From positions 109,370,001 to 109,434,000 of the forward strand of contig NC_058373.1 in NCBI RefSeq assembly GCF_018350175.1: a DNA stretch of 64,000 nucleotides. Direction: 5' to 3'. This DNA comes from Felis catus (Eukaryota). Below are positions 49,013 to 60,954 of the stretch, piece by piece (position 1 is the stretch's first letter; each line of letters starts with the position of its first letter). A program made the position numbers and the translations under genes. The notes under the pieces are model-generated. The model had not been told where the DNA came from, searched no databases, and saw only the letters and a program-made list of their open reading frames with translations.

Positions 49013-51814
49013 AGAAAGATCCAAACAGAACTGAAAGACATTCCCCACATAACTTTAAACTTGGGTTACTTCTAGACCCACAAGGATCATATGAATAAAA
49101 CAATCATGTTGCACAATGCGGTGTGTGTGTGTGTGTGTGTGTAACAGCATTGATTTGTTAAATGCAGTTATGTAAACTATAAACCTACTGTTATATTTCA
49201 CCTCTTCATATACCAGAAGATTCAAAAATAAAAGTGCTCTGACGTCTTTAGACATCTGAGGACTCTGCTGACAGGAATAGCAGATTGTTTTGTGGAGAAA
49301 TAGGGAGTTCCTATTCCTCCAAAACAAAGGTACTGTTCATAAACACTCACTCCCTGATGGACATTCTAGATGGAGCTATCATGCTTTTTAATAACATATG
49401 ATCCCACGCAATCTTCACAGTACCTTCTAACACAGGTACTATTATTGTACCCACTTCACAGATGAGGAAAGTGAGGCTTAGGTTAAGTGCTCAAGCATAG
49501 ACAACTAGCAAATGATTGAACTAGGACTAGAGAAAGCCTCATTCTGGCTGACACCAAAGCCACGTTCCAGCCATCTGGATCACCACCTCCCAGGAGTGGT
49601 TAATTTCGATGAAGCAACCACATGCTTTAAGAAAGTCACAAGAAGTTCAATTCCCACTCAGTGACCTATCAATTACATATTAGGCTCTTTCCATCACCCT
49701 GTACTGCCCTTATTCACATGGAGGAAGTAAGGTACCCCAGCATGTCTCAGAGAGGTGAGTGTTCACGTGAGCATCTGTGTACATTACATTCAAAGTTTAA
49801 TGTTAGCGATGAGAGGTCTAACTGCTCTTTGTCTTACCTGTGATCCTGCACCCTTTCCCTGACCTTTATTCCTAACTCATTTCTGACACTAATCACTTCT
49901 GGTCCTTATTTTACATTAGAATCTATTGCCGCGTGGTGCAGTTATGGCTCATTCCTTAGCTTTTCCCCCCACTTCCAAATAATAGCCAAATCCTGTTTCT
50001 GTTTCTTTCTCCTACTGACGCTAAAGGACAGTATTTTTGCCCAACATTTTGCCCAACATCTCAGCATCCAAACTGTATCAATGTCTAAAGTGATGTAATC
50101 TGCTAGCTCAGGACTGGAACTGGCTAAGGGCAGAAAAATGGGAAGAATTATCCTCAGTGCCTCCCTGACTTGTTATCTGTGTCAGTCTCTCCTGTTCTGC
50201 TCTCCTGGACCTCCAGTGCCTGCCTGCTACCCTGGATTCCTATAGTTAAGAAAGATCGTGATATTACTAACTAATGGCCATAAGTATTTGTGACGGACTG
50301 GTCACCGTCCCTCACCCTGTCCCTCCTGGAGAGGAAAATGCTTTTGGTAGAACTTTAGACAGGTGCACCTGGTAGGAAGTTGTATTCATTTTAACATTTA
50401 AGTGATTATTTGCTCATATATTGTTGGCCCTGCATGGGAGCTAAGTACCACATCTCAGAGTGGCTAAGTATCCTGAAACAGGATGAGGTAGCTTAGGAAA
50501 GAACAGACATTCGACCAGACCCACCCAATAGAGAGAGCCAGGCCTCAAGGACAAGTTCAGCCCAAGAAACAGAATACGATGTCCAGAAGATTGAGGGCAA
50601 AAGAGGAATGAAGTGGTCCAGGCAAGCTGTCAACTATAGGAACATAACACAATGTGGCAGAAGCATCCATACAGGCAAGTGGAACAATAAAGAGATTCAC
50701 TCTGGAACAGGTCATATTCTAAGATCTAAGCAGAAAGGACCCCTGGGGAAACTGGGAGCAGCAAGCAGGCTGGGGAGCAGAGCTCTGCTCAAATCCCTGG
50801 CCTATGAATGGCCAGACCAAAACAGCTCCTTAACTCCAAAGGAACCAAGACACCAGGCATGTCTCTGAGATATCCACTTGGCTCAGAAAATAAGACAAGA
50901 ATCTTTCTCTTAAGTGGAGAGCCTTGATCTCAGTACAAAATCTCCCTGACCAGAATGGAGAAACAAATTCAGATTCCTGGGCAGAGTCCTATAAGCTCTC
51001 TGGTTTGCAGTCAGGATAGAGATGTGGATGTTGCTGGCTCAGCAACTGAGAGGGTGGTGGTCTCAGTTTGAAGGTCCGAGATGGCGTCAGGTTGGGCTCT
51101 ATGCCCATGTAACGCTTTATGCTAACTAGGAAACAGTATCCTGTCCACGCAGAGGTAAATATGCGGATACAGTGCTTGGGAGGTGCACAGCATCTTTGTG
51201 TTATCTATAAAAATATACCCCTCCCAGTTGGACACAGATCTGTGCAGGGCACAGCCTAGTACGTGGAGCACAGGCTACATTCTAGCCTCTGCTTGTGCCT
51301 CAATCAGGCATCCTTGGGCAGTAAACAACCCATCCAACCAGACCCAGCAGTTCTGGAAAGCACAGTGGCTTAATATAGAAGGTTTGTTCCAGAAAGTCTA
51401 GAATCAAGGGCAATGCAAGTGGTTTCCTTCTCTCCTCTAAGGTATAACCAAGCCTCCTCCTCATACCCCTTGGGACATAAAAGGTAGAATCAAGCAGAAT
51501 GTGTATCAGCGACTGATTGACAGACTTTTTCTGCCAGAGAGGACATTTCAATATGAATTCAAGCTAAGAAATAGGAGAAACTCCAAAATAAGTGCTTTGG
51601 CAAAAACATATTTCATGACTTTCTTTTCATAGTCAAGTTATGCTTCTTCCTTGTTTTTTTCCAGGCTCCCTAGCAGAGTTTTCATCATCTATGACCAATG
51701 GAGATAAGTTGGACAGATGCACCATTCAGGGGCCAAGTTCCATAGCAATTTTTTTTTCTAGAAATAACATCTGGCTCTATGGCTCTTTTCCCCTCAGAGA
51801 CTCAGTGACTGTGG

Positions 51815-51939
51815 ACGTGGCTGGCTGCTTGACTTGCTTCACAGCTGTGGCACTGCATCCCAAGTCACTTCTGACATCGGCTACAGATGGGCAACACGTG
51901 GCTTTGTCCTTCCACGTCCTCCCCTGTCCTTTTACGTGG
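51815..51939. promoter_or_regulatory. Cluster of four ACGTGG motifs (HIF/bZIP/bHLH-type)
   Basis: ACGTGG at 51815, 51896 and 51934; CCACGT at 51912. Confidence 0.3.
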
Positions 51940-52839
51940 AGCAGAGGCCAAAGGAGTCAGGGCAAGAGATTCTGGATGGTGTCTGCACTCTGGCCCTGGG
52001 CCCTGATAGCCATTGGAAGTGAGACCTGGCTCACGCCCTAGTGTGGGGACTGGTGCTCTGTACCATGTTATGGTTTAGGAAAGAGGCTAATCTCTTCCTT
52101 TAGGCAGAACCTGGGGTGGAGGGTAGGGGTAGTAGGAGGGGTGAATTTCCACTCACAGAGGAGCTGAAATGAAGAGTGGGGAGGGTGCGGCCTTTTCTGT
52201 CAGTGAAGCCCAAAGATAAAGAATGAGGAGAAAGAAAAGCTATAAAGGGATTGTTGTAGTCCCTAAAGGTTCCAGAAATACCTTTGAATTGGAAGGACTC
52301 TGGTCCAGCAATTCTTTGAAAACAATGTTTTCATTTTCCAAATACTACATGTTCATTAAAGGAACTATAGAAAAAAAAGAATGCATACCTAGAGAGAACC
52401 ATATTTCTACCATCCAAACTCAGCCCATTTGGGTTATTTCCTTCCTGCCCTTTTTCCTCTGTATGTAGAATGCTGGGGGCACGGTGGGGGGAGGGGGGGA
52501 GATAGATTTAATCGTACATGATGTATGTTTTTATATTCATGATATTAAATTATATAAATTTTGCCATGTTAATATTCTGAACAATTTTAGTGGCTACATT
52601 CATCACGTAGTTACATCAATTTTCTAAATCATTCTATCCTAATTTAGGCTCAGTGAACACAGAAGAGACATTTTAAAAGATGAACAGAATCAGTAAAAAA
52701 AAAAAAAAAAAAGATTGGACTAGGCAATGAGAAGGAAGAAAAAGTTAAAGGGAATTTCAAGATGTATAGATAGCTTGGGAAACTAGAAGGTTGGTAATAG
52801 AAACAGCAGAGATATTGAAACTAGAAGGAGGCTTACAGG

Positions 52840-53013
52840 TTGTGTGGTTCCTTCCTACTGGAAGTGTGGTCCGTGAACCACCTGAGTCAGCATTTCCTGA
52901 GAGCCTGTTGGAATGCAGAATCTCATCCTCCACTCCAGACCTAAGAAATCAGTCAGCATTTTCAAAGGATTTACAAGAAGTTCATACGCACATTAAAGAT
53001 GGAGAATCACTGG
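52840..53013. mobile_element. MER5A-like hAT-Charlie MITE
   Basis: 'cctgagagcctgttggaatgcagaatctc...ccagacct...gcacattaaagatggagaatcactg'. Confidence 0.75.
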
Positions 53014-53535
53014 TTTAGGACAATTCTTTTTCCTGACCAGAGATGCAAAGTTTGTCCACAGTCACACAGCTAAATAGTGGCAGACCTGGTCTCTGCTTCT
53101 TTCCATTAAAGCAAAATTTATCTTATTCAACGAATAATAATAGATAATATTATCAGTGACGATGTACCAGCAATTATGTCTAATTGATTTACATCGCATC
53201 CTCACAATAACCCTATTAGTGTCCCTACTTTACAGATCAAAAAACCAAGTTTTAAGTAACTTGCTCAAGGTCATATAGTAACTGGCAGAGCTGAGACTGA
53301 ACCCTGGTTCCACCACTTGTGTTTCTAACCACTGACCTGGACCAGGTGGATGGATGGATGGATAGATGGATCATGGATAAATACATGCATAGATGGAGAC
53401 TTTTGCTGTATTTAGCCCAGCTTATCTAACAAGTATCACATTTAAATACCCTAGGGACATACTTAAATATGCTAGGGACAGTATGTATAGCTACATGGAT
53501 TTAAATCAAAGAAATCTAGTTTCCCACCTGCTCTT

Positions 53536-53766
53536 TTTAATTTCTTTTAATGTTTATTTTTGAAAGAGACAGAGTGTGAGTGGGGGAGGGGCAGAGAGAG
53601 CAGGAGACAGAATCCACAGCAGGTTCCAGGCTCCAAGCTGTCAGCACAGAACCTGATGGGGAGGGGGGGGGGGGGGGGGGAGGGGGAGGGCTCAAACTCA
53701 CAAACCATGAGATCATGACCTAAGCCAAAGTCAGACATTTAACCAACTAAGCCACCCAGGGGCCCC
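53536..53766 (-). mobile_element. Can-SINE with an internal poly-G expansion
   Basis: Perfect TSD 'ttcccacctgctctt'; G-rich run at 53658-53690. Confidence 0.95.
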
Positions 53767-54269
53767 TTCCCACCTGCTCTTAATCAATCAGCATGCCTGT
53801 AGATCTGCATCAGTCAGTATGCCGTTTACATCTACAAGAAGTTGACTATAGGTTAGGCCTCCCTCCTTATCGGATTTTCTATTTTCTATTTGCCCAGCGG
53901 CTCTCTCCCCCAATCCACTCGTGGAGGTTAATCTTTATGATGTTCATTTGTTCCTTATTAGTTATTACAGCCCTGCTCAGGAGATTATGATGGTCAAAAC
54001 AGGCAGTTTGTGCCCTCATACAGTCTGCGTTCCAGAGGGAAAGATCAGGACCAAATGAATAATTGCACATATATATGAATCCGTGCTAGGACGGAAAATT
54101 ACAAAGTGCTGAGAAAACCTAGCACGGGGCCATGACCTCATCTTGGAGTTACTCTCTTTCTGCTCTGCCCCTCCCTGCAGTTCTCACGTATCATACCTTT
54201 CTCCATCAGCATCTCTCCACCCAAACATCAAACTCATTTTTCTAACTCCACCCTTACATTCAGCACCTG

Positions 54270-54955
54270 CCTAACTTTCCTAGCGCTGCTGTAACTAATT
54301 ACCACAATCTTAAAATTGTGACTTAAAATAATTTATTACCTTAAAGTTCTGGAGGTAAGAAATTCAAAATGGATCCCCCCCTGGCTAAAACCAGAGGGTT
54401 GGAGGTGCGGCATTCTGTTTGGAGGCCCCAAGGGAGACTCGGTTTCCTTGCCTCTTCCAGTTTCTAGGGGCCAGCCCCCTTCTTGCCTGCAACTACACCA
54501 CTCTGACCTCTAATTCTGTTGTCACTTCTTCTCTGACTCTGATTCTCCTGCTTTCTTCTTTCATAGAAAGGTCCCTATGAGTATTTTTTTTTATTTTTTT
54601 TAACGTTTTATTTATTTTTGAGAGAGGGAAAGACAGAGCATGAACAGGGGAGGGTCAGAGAGAGGGAGACACAGAATCTGAAACGGGCTCCAGGCTCTGA
54701 GCTGTCAGCACAGAGCCCGACGCGGGGCTCCAACTCACGGACCGCGAGATCATGACCTGAGCCGGAGTCGGCCGCTTAACCGACTGAGCCACCCAGGCGC
54801 CCCCCCCCCCCCATGAGTATTTTAAACCCACTGAATAATCCAGGATAATCTCTACGTCAAGTCCCATAACTTAATCACATCTGCAAAGTCCCCTTTGCCA
54901 CACCTATTAGGGAATTAGGATGTGGATGTCTTTTGGGAGCTATTCTGCCTCCCAT
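54270..54955 (-). mobile_element. MaLR LTR (MLT1C/D-like) interrupted by a SINE
   Basis: 'gctgctgtaactaattaccac', 'ataatccaggataatctc', 'aacttaatcacatctgcaaagtccctttgcca'. Confidence 0.8.
54588..54812 (-). mobile_element. Young Can-SINE
   Basis: TSD 'atgagtatttt'; CpG-rich; extended G-run at its 5' end. Confidence 0.96.
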
Positions 54956-55206
54956 ATCAGGCTCATTCTATCTCCCCTGGCCTGTTCCTAGATTCTGTCT
55001 TTATCTATTCCCTTCATCTTATTACCCATCACCTCCCTCTCATTCTTTCCCCTCATAATACAACCGCGTAATGATTCCAGTAACACATCGGCCAAACAGG
55101 AAGAAGGAAGCATAATGGGTCAACCTGTGAGCCACGATTTTTCCACTGGACCATAACCTTTCTTCTTTTTTTTCAAAAAAAAAAAAAAAAAACACAAAAC
55201 TTTTGC

Positions 55207-55261
55207 CTTGGATTTGATTTTCTAAAAACGAAAACAGCACATTTCCTGGTTCAGAATGTGC
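55207..55261 (-). CDS. Candidate exon (55 nt, phase 0 to 1): AHSEPGNVLFSFLENQIQ, with a putative GC donor
   Basis: Very strong acceptor 'tctttctattgttttgtag'; in phase with the 56.0 kb exon; donor 'AAG|gcaaaa' is non-canonical and uncertain. Confidence 0.45.
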
Positions 55262-55569
55262 CTACAAAACAATAGAAAGACTATCATTTTTTCCAGGTAG
55301 ATTTTGTAAAGGAAAAAGTTACACGGAGGTAGTTTATTGTATTGTTACTGACACTGGGAATGCCAATTAGTGTATATCAGAAGGAACAATTCCAAAAATC
55401 TATCCTAAAAATAATTAGGGAGAAGTACAAAGATGCACAATTATTTATCATGATGAATAGAAAACAACCTAAATATCCAAGATTACAGGATTATAATATT
55501 GCAACAGTTTACTATGTAACCTTTCAGATAATACTATAACACATATTAAGTGACATGGAAATAGTGATT

Positions 55570-55865
55570 TCAATTTTCAGCTCAAATACCACCTACTCGG
55601 AGGGCATCCTTCACCACCTGATCTAATCTATTTCTCCTCTTATCCCTTCTCCCAGCCAGGTTTCCTTATGGCATGTATCTGAAATAATTGTATCCGTTAA
55701 ATCATTTATTTATAGTTTTCTTCTCCCTCCTGCACACAAACACATCCTTTTACCTTGCATAAAATGTAAAGCATATGCAAGCCAGGCTCATCTTTGCCCT
55801 GTTCACCAATTCCCAGGACATGCCTCATACACAGCAGGTACTCCATACGGTCTTGTTGAATGAAA
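55570..55865 (-). mobile_element. L2 3' end remnant
   Basis: 'cagctcaaataccacctactcggagggc', 'cagcaggtactccatac...ttgttgaatgaa'. Confidence 0.65.
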
Positions 55866-56008
55866 TAATTACCAGCCCAGGTTAATTTTGAAGAAATTTT
55901 ATCCATGGCATTATAGAACGTGGGCTACAATGCCGTTTCCTTTTTCTCTGGAACATTCAATTCCTTATCATGATTCTGGGTTCTTTAACTGAATTATCAT
56001 TTACATAC

Positions 56009-56061
56009 AGTGAAATGCACAGATCTCGTATTTAACTCTCGTAGAACCATGGAACCCACTC
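56009..56061 (-). CDS. Candidate exon (53 nt, phase 1 to 0): VGSMVLRELNTRSVHFT
   Basis: Acceptor 'tttcacgtattcttatag', donor 'ACT|gtatgt'; CpG-retaining; this frame continues open into the 55.2 kb exon. Confidence 0.5.
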
Positions 56062-58069
56062 CTATAAGAATACGTGAAACAATATGATTTCTCTCTGCTT
56101 TTCAGCTCCTTGCACACTGTAGTTTTCTCAACAATCTTCAAGGAGAGTGGGAAAGGGAGGATTTTTGGATCATGCAATTTGCTTTTGTCTCTAGAGCTTT
56201 TCCAGATTTCAGTCCACCCCACCAGCCCACACAGTCATCTAAAGCTTGGCCAATTTCTCCTCATCCTACAAGATTTCTACATCTACGCCAGGTCTGCAAC
56301 TCCATCTGCCCAAACCTGGCGTGGGGACCTGCCTCACGTATGGAAGCTGCCACACTTCTCTGTTATCCACAAAAGGCTGTCTGCTGGCTTACTTTCGTTC
56401 TTTCTTTCTCTATCTCTTTCTTTTTACATAGAATTAGGTTCTTCAAGACTTCCTGTGTTCACCTTTCTTCCCTAGCCCCATACAAAAGAATAATTTTAAT
56501 GTATCTGAGTTTTTAGTTGTTATCAAGGGAATAAATAAATATTTTTCCTAGTCTTCTATATCATAACCAAAAGCAGAAAGTTTTTCACTCTTATTTGGAC
56601 ATATGCCCTTGTAAGATAGCATATAGGAACTCCAAAAATATTTTATTCAAAAACTCAGGAGCTGCATTCTTGGCTATGTGTCCAAATTCAGCTCAAACAT
56701 ACAGAAATTTTGGATATAATCAACAAATCTTAAACACTAACAATTATAGTTAAGAGACAACTAACAGTTGCTGGCATTGCTACTGACGAAAACCCATGGA
56801 AATTTTTACTTTGCCTAGAATGATAAACCTCAGCGACAAAAAAAAGAAATTTACAAGTTAGATTTGATTTCATGCTTGAAACCAAGGACAGAAAAGAACT
56901 ACGGAATTAATGTTAAGAAAAAGCCTTTTTAATATTGCCATAATGAAAGAGACTTTAAAATGTTGAACTAGTTGGAAATCAACAATTTAGCACAATTAGG
57001 ATCATCCATCTTCAAGATTTGGGAATTTAGCTGTACAATTTAGGAAAACCTCTTTAAAACTCTCCACTATTTCATGAATTTGTTTTTTATTGGAAGTCAA
57101 AGTATGTCCTACAACTATAGGCATATAGGGATTGTATTTCCCATCAAATCAGAGGCCAGAGCACAAAAGTACCATGGCTCTTTTAAGAACCCCTTCCCAC
57201 AAAGTGGGCAGAGACAAATCCCATGTCGATTTTCAAAATCACAAATTCTGAGCATCTACTACTGGCCTTTTTGTTGGCATCCACTACTGCTTGACTTTAT
57301 TAGGAATTTTCTCACTTCTGCTTGGGTCTAAAATTATTTCATTTAAATATACATTTAAGAGTACCTACCACGTGTTTAACACCAAGTCCGGCTAGGGATA
57401 TGAGGATGAATGGGATGCACTTACCACCCTTGAACATTTCAGGACTAATTATCTCAGGTTTCCATCTGAAGTTTTAGTTTGGTTCAATCTCGTTCTCTTC
57501 CATGTTCCCAACCCTAATTAATCCCCTCACCCATCATCCCAGTGAACTTTATTTCCCACTATCGGCTGCCTTATAGATCCCTGACTCCTACTTGAAGCAA
57601 CTCTGGCCCCTTTACTTTGCCCTAAGAGCTTAGATACCCTACTTCTCACAGACTGTCCCTCTAAATTCAGAGACATTATAGCCCCAGGATCCAGGTCTTT
57701 TCATTCAGAGAACATCTCCTCCTGATTTTACCCCAGATGAAGTCATTCCCAACCTCAAGTGCCCTCTGTGTATATCCACACATCAAGCCTCCTAGTTCCT
57801 TGAACACACCCCAAAATGTAATACATTACACCATAGAAAGCTAATGGTGTGTATCACCCAGTCAGAACCAGACATATTTTCATAATCTCTTAGTTCCATC
57901 CTAATATGCTTCCTATCCTGATTGTCCCTTAGGGCAGAATGAAAATAGGAGACCACAAATTTCGGATATCTATATCTCTTACATGAATTTCAGACCTGGA
58001 TCAGAGGATCTCTCAGATTTCCCCAGGTGCTCTTCAATCTAGATTATTAGAAGTAGAATTGCCTAGTAT

Positions 58070-58555
58070 TTGTGGTAAATTGTTTAGAAAGATGGACACA
58101 ACAGTTCTCATCCCATACACCCTTTGCAGTTAGAGTTTCCCACTATTTTCATAAAGCTATGGAGGTTCTCCTTAAATCTACACTGGCCCTCTGACTTGAT
58201 TTTACCAAAAGAATGCAGTAGAAGTAAGGATGTGTGGTTTCTAACGCTAGGCTTTCAGGGACCTTGTAGCTTCTATTTCTATGTTCCTAGAACAATCCCC
58301 GTTGGAATGCTGCCTTGAGAATGCAGTGTTGTCAGGAAGCCCAAGCTCGTCATGTGGAAAAGCTACAAGAAGAAGAAGCAAGGTGCCCCACTTGCAGCTC
58401 CAGTTGAAACCAGTCTTGAGCCAATCTGCCAGCTGAATGTATTCACATGAGTGACTCCAGGCAACAGAAGAACCACTCAGCCAACCCACAGAAGCATAAA
58501 AAATAACTACACTTGGGATGGCAACAAAAACTAAAATAATATTCAAGGGCAATAT
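58070..58555 (+). mobile_element. Old MaLR LTR (MLT1E/F/G-like)
   Basis: 'ggaagcccaagctcgtcatgtgga', 'gccagctgaatgtattcacatgagtgactccagg', 'gaaccactcagccaacccacagaa'. Confidence 0.6.
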
Positions 58556-58892
58556 TTATAGAACAAGATTGCCTGGGTATGGCTCCCACTTACTCTTCCA
58601 CTTACTAGCTATGTGGCCTTCGGCAAATTATCCAGCCTCTTGGTGGAGCTAACTATCTACCCGTTCTTCCATAGTAACACAATATTCACTGGGTACATGA
58701 CTGCTCAGCTAGGTTACATTTCCCAGCCTCCCCTACACTTAGTAACCATGTGACTAAGGAACATGAACTATTTGTATGTCATTTCTTGATCTTAAGACAT
58801 TGGACATGCACTTCTACATGCTCCCTTCCCTTCCTGAGGAACCAGAAGACGCATGTACCCACAACCAAGCTTCAACAAAAGACAACATTGCC

Positions 58893-59020
58893 TTTTTTTA
58901 AAAAATGTAACTTATTGTCAAATTGGCTCACATGCAACACCCAGTGCTCATCCCAACAAGTGCTCTCCTCAATGCCCATCACCCATTTTCCCTCTCCCCC
59001 ACTGCCCGCCCCCTCCATCC
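58893..59020 (-). mobile_element. Very short felid L1 3' terminus
   Basis: 'ttattgtcaaattggct...caacacccagtgctcatcccaacaagtgctctcctcaatgcccatcaccca' mirrors the L1 3'UTR at 48740-48890. Confidence 0.85.
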
Positions 59021-59793
59021 AATGCAACCTAGCTTCATGACTTAGCCAACAACCTAGCTTTAACTTCTAGACAAAGACAACATCTGAGAAAGTAGAGGAG
59101 AAACAAGATGAAAGGAATGTGGTTCCCTGAATCACTCCATGGAGCCCACTGCCCCCCCCCCCCGCCTAGACTCATTAGACTACAGCACAAGAGAAGTAAG
59201 CTTCTATGCTCTTATAAGCTACAGTATTCTTCACTTTCTTTATTATAGCATCTTAGCTTTTATCCTAATATACCCTCTGTGCCTTAGCTTTAAATAATGC
59301 TTGAGGTCAATTTGAAATTGTTTGGTATTCTTTTCATGGAGAAAAGATGATAGGAATGTCATAATAAAATTATTAGGGTCTTTCAATATTCCTTTACAGG
59401 AAAAGTGTCTTACTGCAATTGAACACACTGTAAGACAGTCTGAAAAATGCTATTCAATAAAATTTCTTATAACTTATTATAAAGCACAATGTACTGAAGG
59501 CTACAAAAAACTTTTCTGGCAATTTTGACTTTAGCTGAAAAGTATTCTAAGTGCATTCAACGTATTCAGTCTCTTATTGGGCTAAGACAGGTTGCTCATG
59601 TTAGCAATGCATATTTTTGAAGTATCCAATCTCAATACCTGACCAAATGAGGAGAGATTCCTGTTTCAACTTGGATTTTCATAGTTTTAAATTTATTAAT
59701 GGTAAATGAGCAAATTGATTTTTACCAGATTTGATACACTACTTAACAGCATGAGACATGCTTTCCTTTCTATTTTGTGGCCCACTCCATTAC

Positions 59794-59866
59794 CTAGGGG
59801 GTCAATCATGGAAGCAACATGATTGAACGGAACCAATTTTTCCTTATTGTTTTTAACCCAGTGGAA
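59794..59866 (-). CDS. Weak candidate exon (73 nt, phase 0 to 1): FHWVKNNKEKLVPFNHVASMIDPL
   Basis: Donor 'TAG|gtaatg'; needs an atypical AAG acceptor; phases bridge the 63.4 kb and 56.0 kb candidates. Confidence 0.25.
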
Positions 59867-60547
59867 CTTATTGGTGTGTTAAATAACTGGAAACAAGGCT
59901 AAGAAGCCAATTTTCATGGGAGGGTATTAAGGACAAATGTCTTATTTAAATATTCATGCTTGAAAGGAATTATTCTCTAAAATCTCTTTCAGTTAGAACA
60001 GTCCTTATACAGCAGGAATTTTGATAAATTTGTTACAAGCTTTGAGCAGATGTGGAACAAAGGCAAAATGTGACCCAATGTTACCAGGGTCTGAAAAATC
60101 ACGGAATTGTACTATTTTACACTAGTCTGCCAAAATTCATACTGGATGACTCATTAGAAGTTTATAAAATAAAAATGGATAAAATGTGCATAAAGCCTTA
60201 GACAAGTATGCAGTTTTTTCATGTTTTCGTGGTTGTTACAGAATTTGTGTTAAAACTAATGATTGCAGGCTTGAGAGAATAACCATTTAAGAATAAAATG
60301 AAAATAATTTCAGTGTACATTTCTTCATATTTATATGAGTAGATTCTTAGTGTTTTAAGGTTTGTTTTGGCATCCTAAAGTTGATAAGTGCAGGAAACAA
60401 AAGACAAGGAAAAAAGCCAATACCCAATTCCAGGATTTAGGAATATTGAAATCCTTAAGGGGGAAGATAATCCAATGGTAGTTTATGTAAAATAATTCGG
60501 ATGTATATTTTGAATAATCGTCTTGCAACCTCTCTTTAGTGCTGGGT

Positions 60548-60604
60548 TGTGAGGCAAAGTAGGTACTACTTTGGGTAGTAGAGTAGTACCTACTTTGTCT
60601 CACA
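60548..60604. other. Near-perfect inverted repeat (23-bp stem, 11-nt loop); pre-miRNA-like hairpin
   Basis: Arms tgtgaggcaaagtaggtactact and agtagtacctactttgtctcaca give 22 Watson-Crick pairs plus one G:U on the + strand. Confidence 0.9.
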
Positions 60605-60954
60605 GTAGGGAGGAGGTAGGAGACCAGATGTTTTCTTCCATCTACCAGAATGGGCTGGAACCACATCACGAATATGATCACATACCAACCCCTTTCTAAC
60701 TTAGCCCTATGGTGTGATTAGGAGGACTAATTTCTAACAATATTAGAAGCTGCATGCTAGAAACTAAACAAATTCACACGGATCCCCATGGCAGATTCAG
60801 TTAGCTGGCTCCCAGATTCCTAAAGGCACCTCTCTCCTAGGGATGTGGCAATTAGAAAACCAAGTTTTGAGTTGTGGATTTAGTAACTATCACCTTAACA
60901 TTTAATTCTTTCAGATTACTTGATATTATAAAGGAACAACTGATAATTTTATTA

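Noticed and set aside
48540..49103. 187-aa ORF, the longest in the track
   Set aside because: Antisense reading of the (GAAAA)n tail and L1 3'UTR; low complexity.
59400..59437. 8-bp inverted repeat with micro-exon-like signals on both strands
   Set aside because: The stem is too short, and its symmetry itself creates the donor-like motifs; no independent support.
60284..60374. Minus-strand open segment DAKTNLKTLRIYSYKYEEM... after a strong pyrimidine tract
   Set aside because: Only weak donors are available (gttatt, gtacac) and the segment is very AT-rich; cannot be told from chance.
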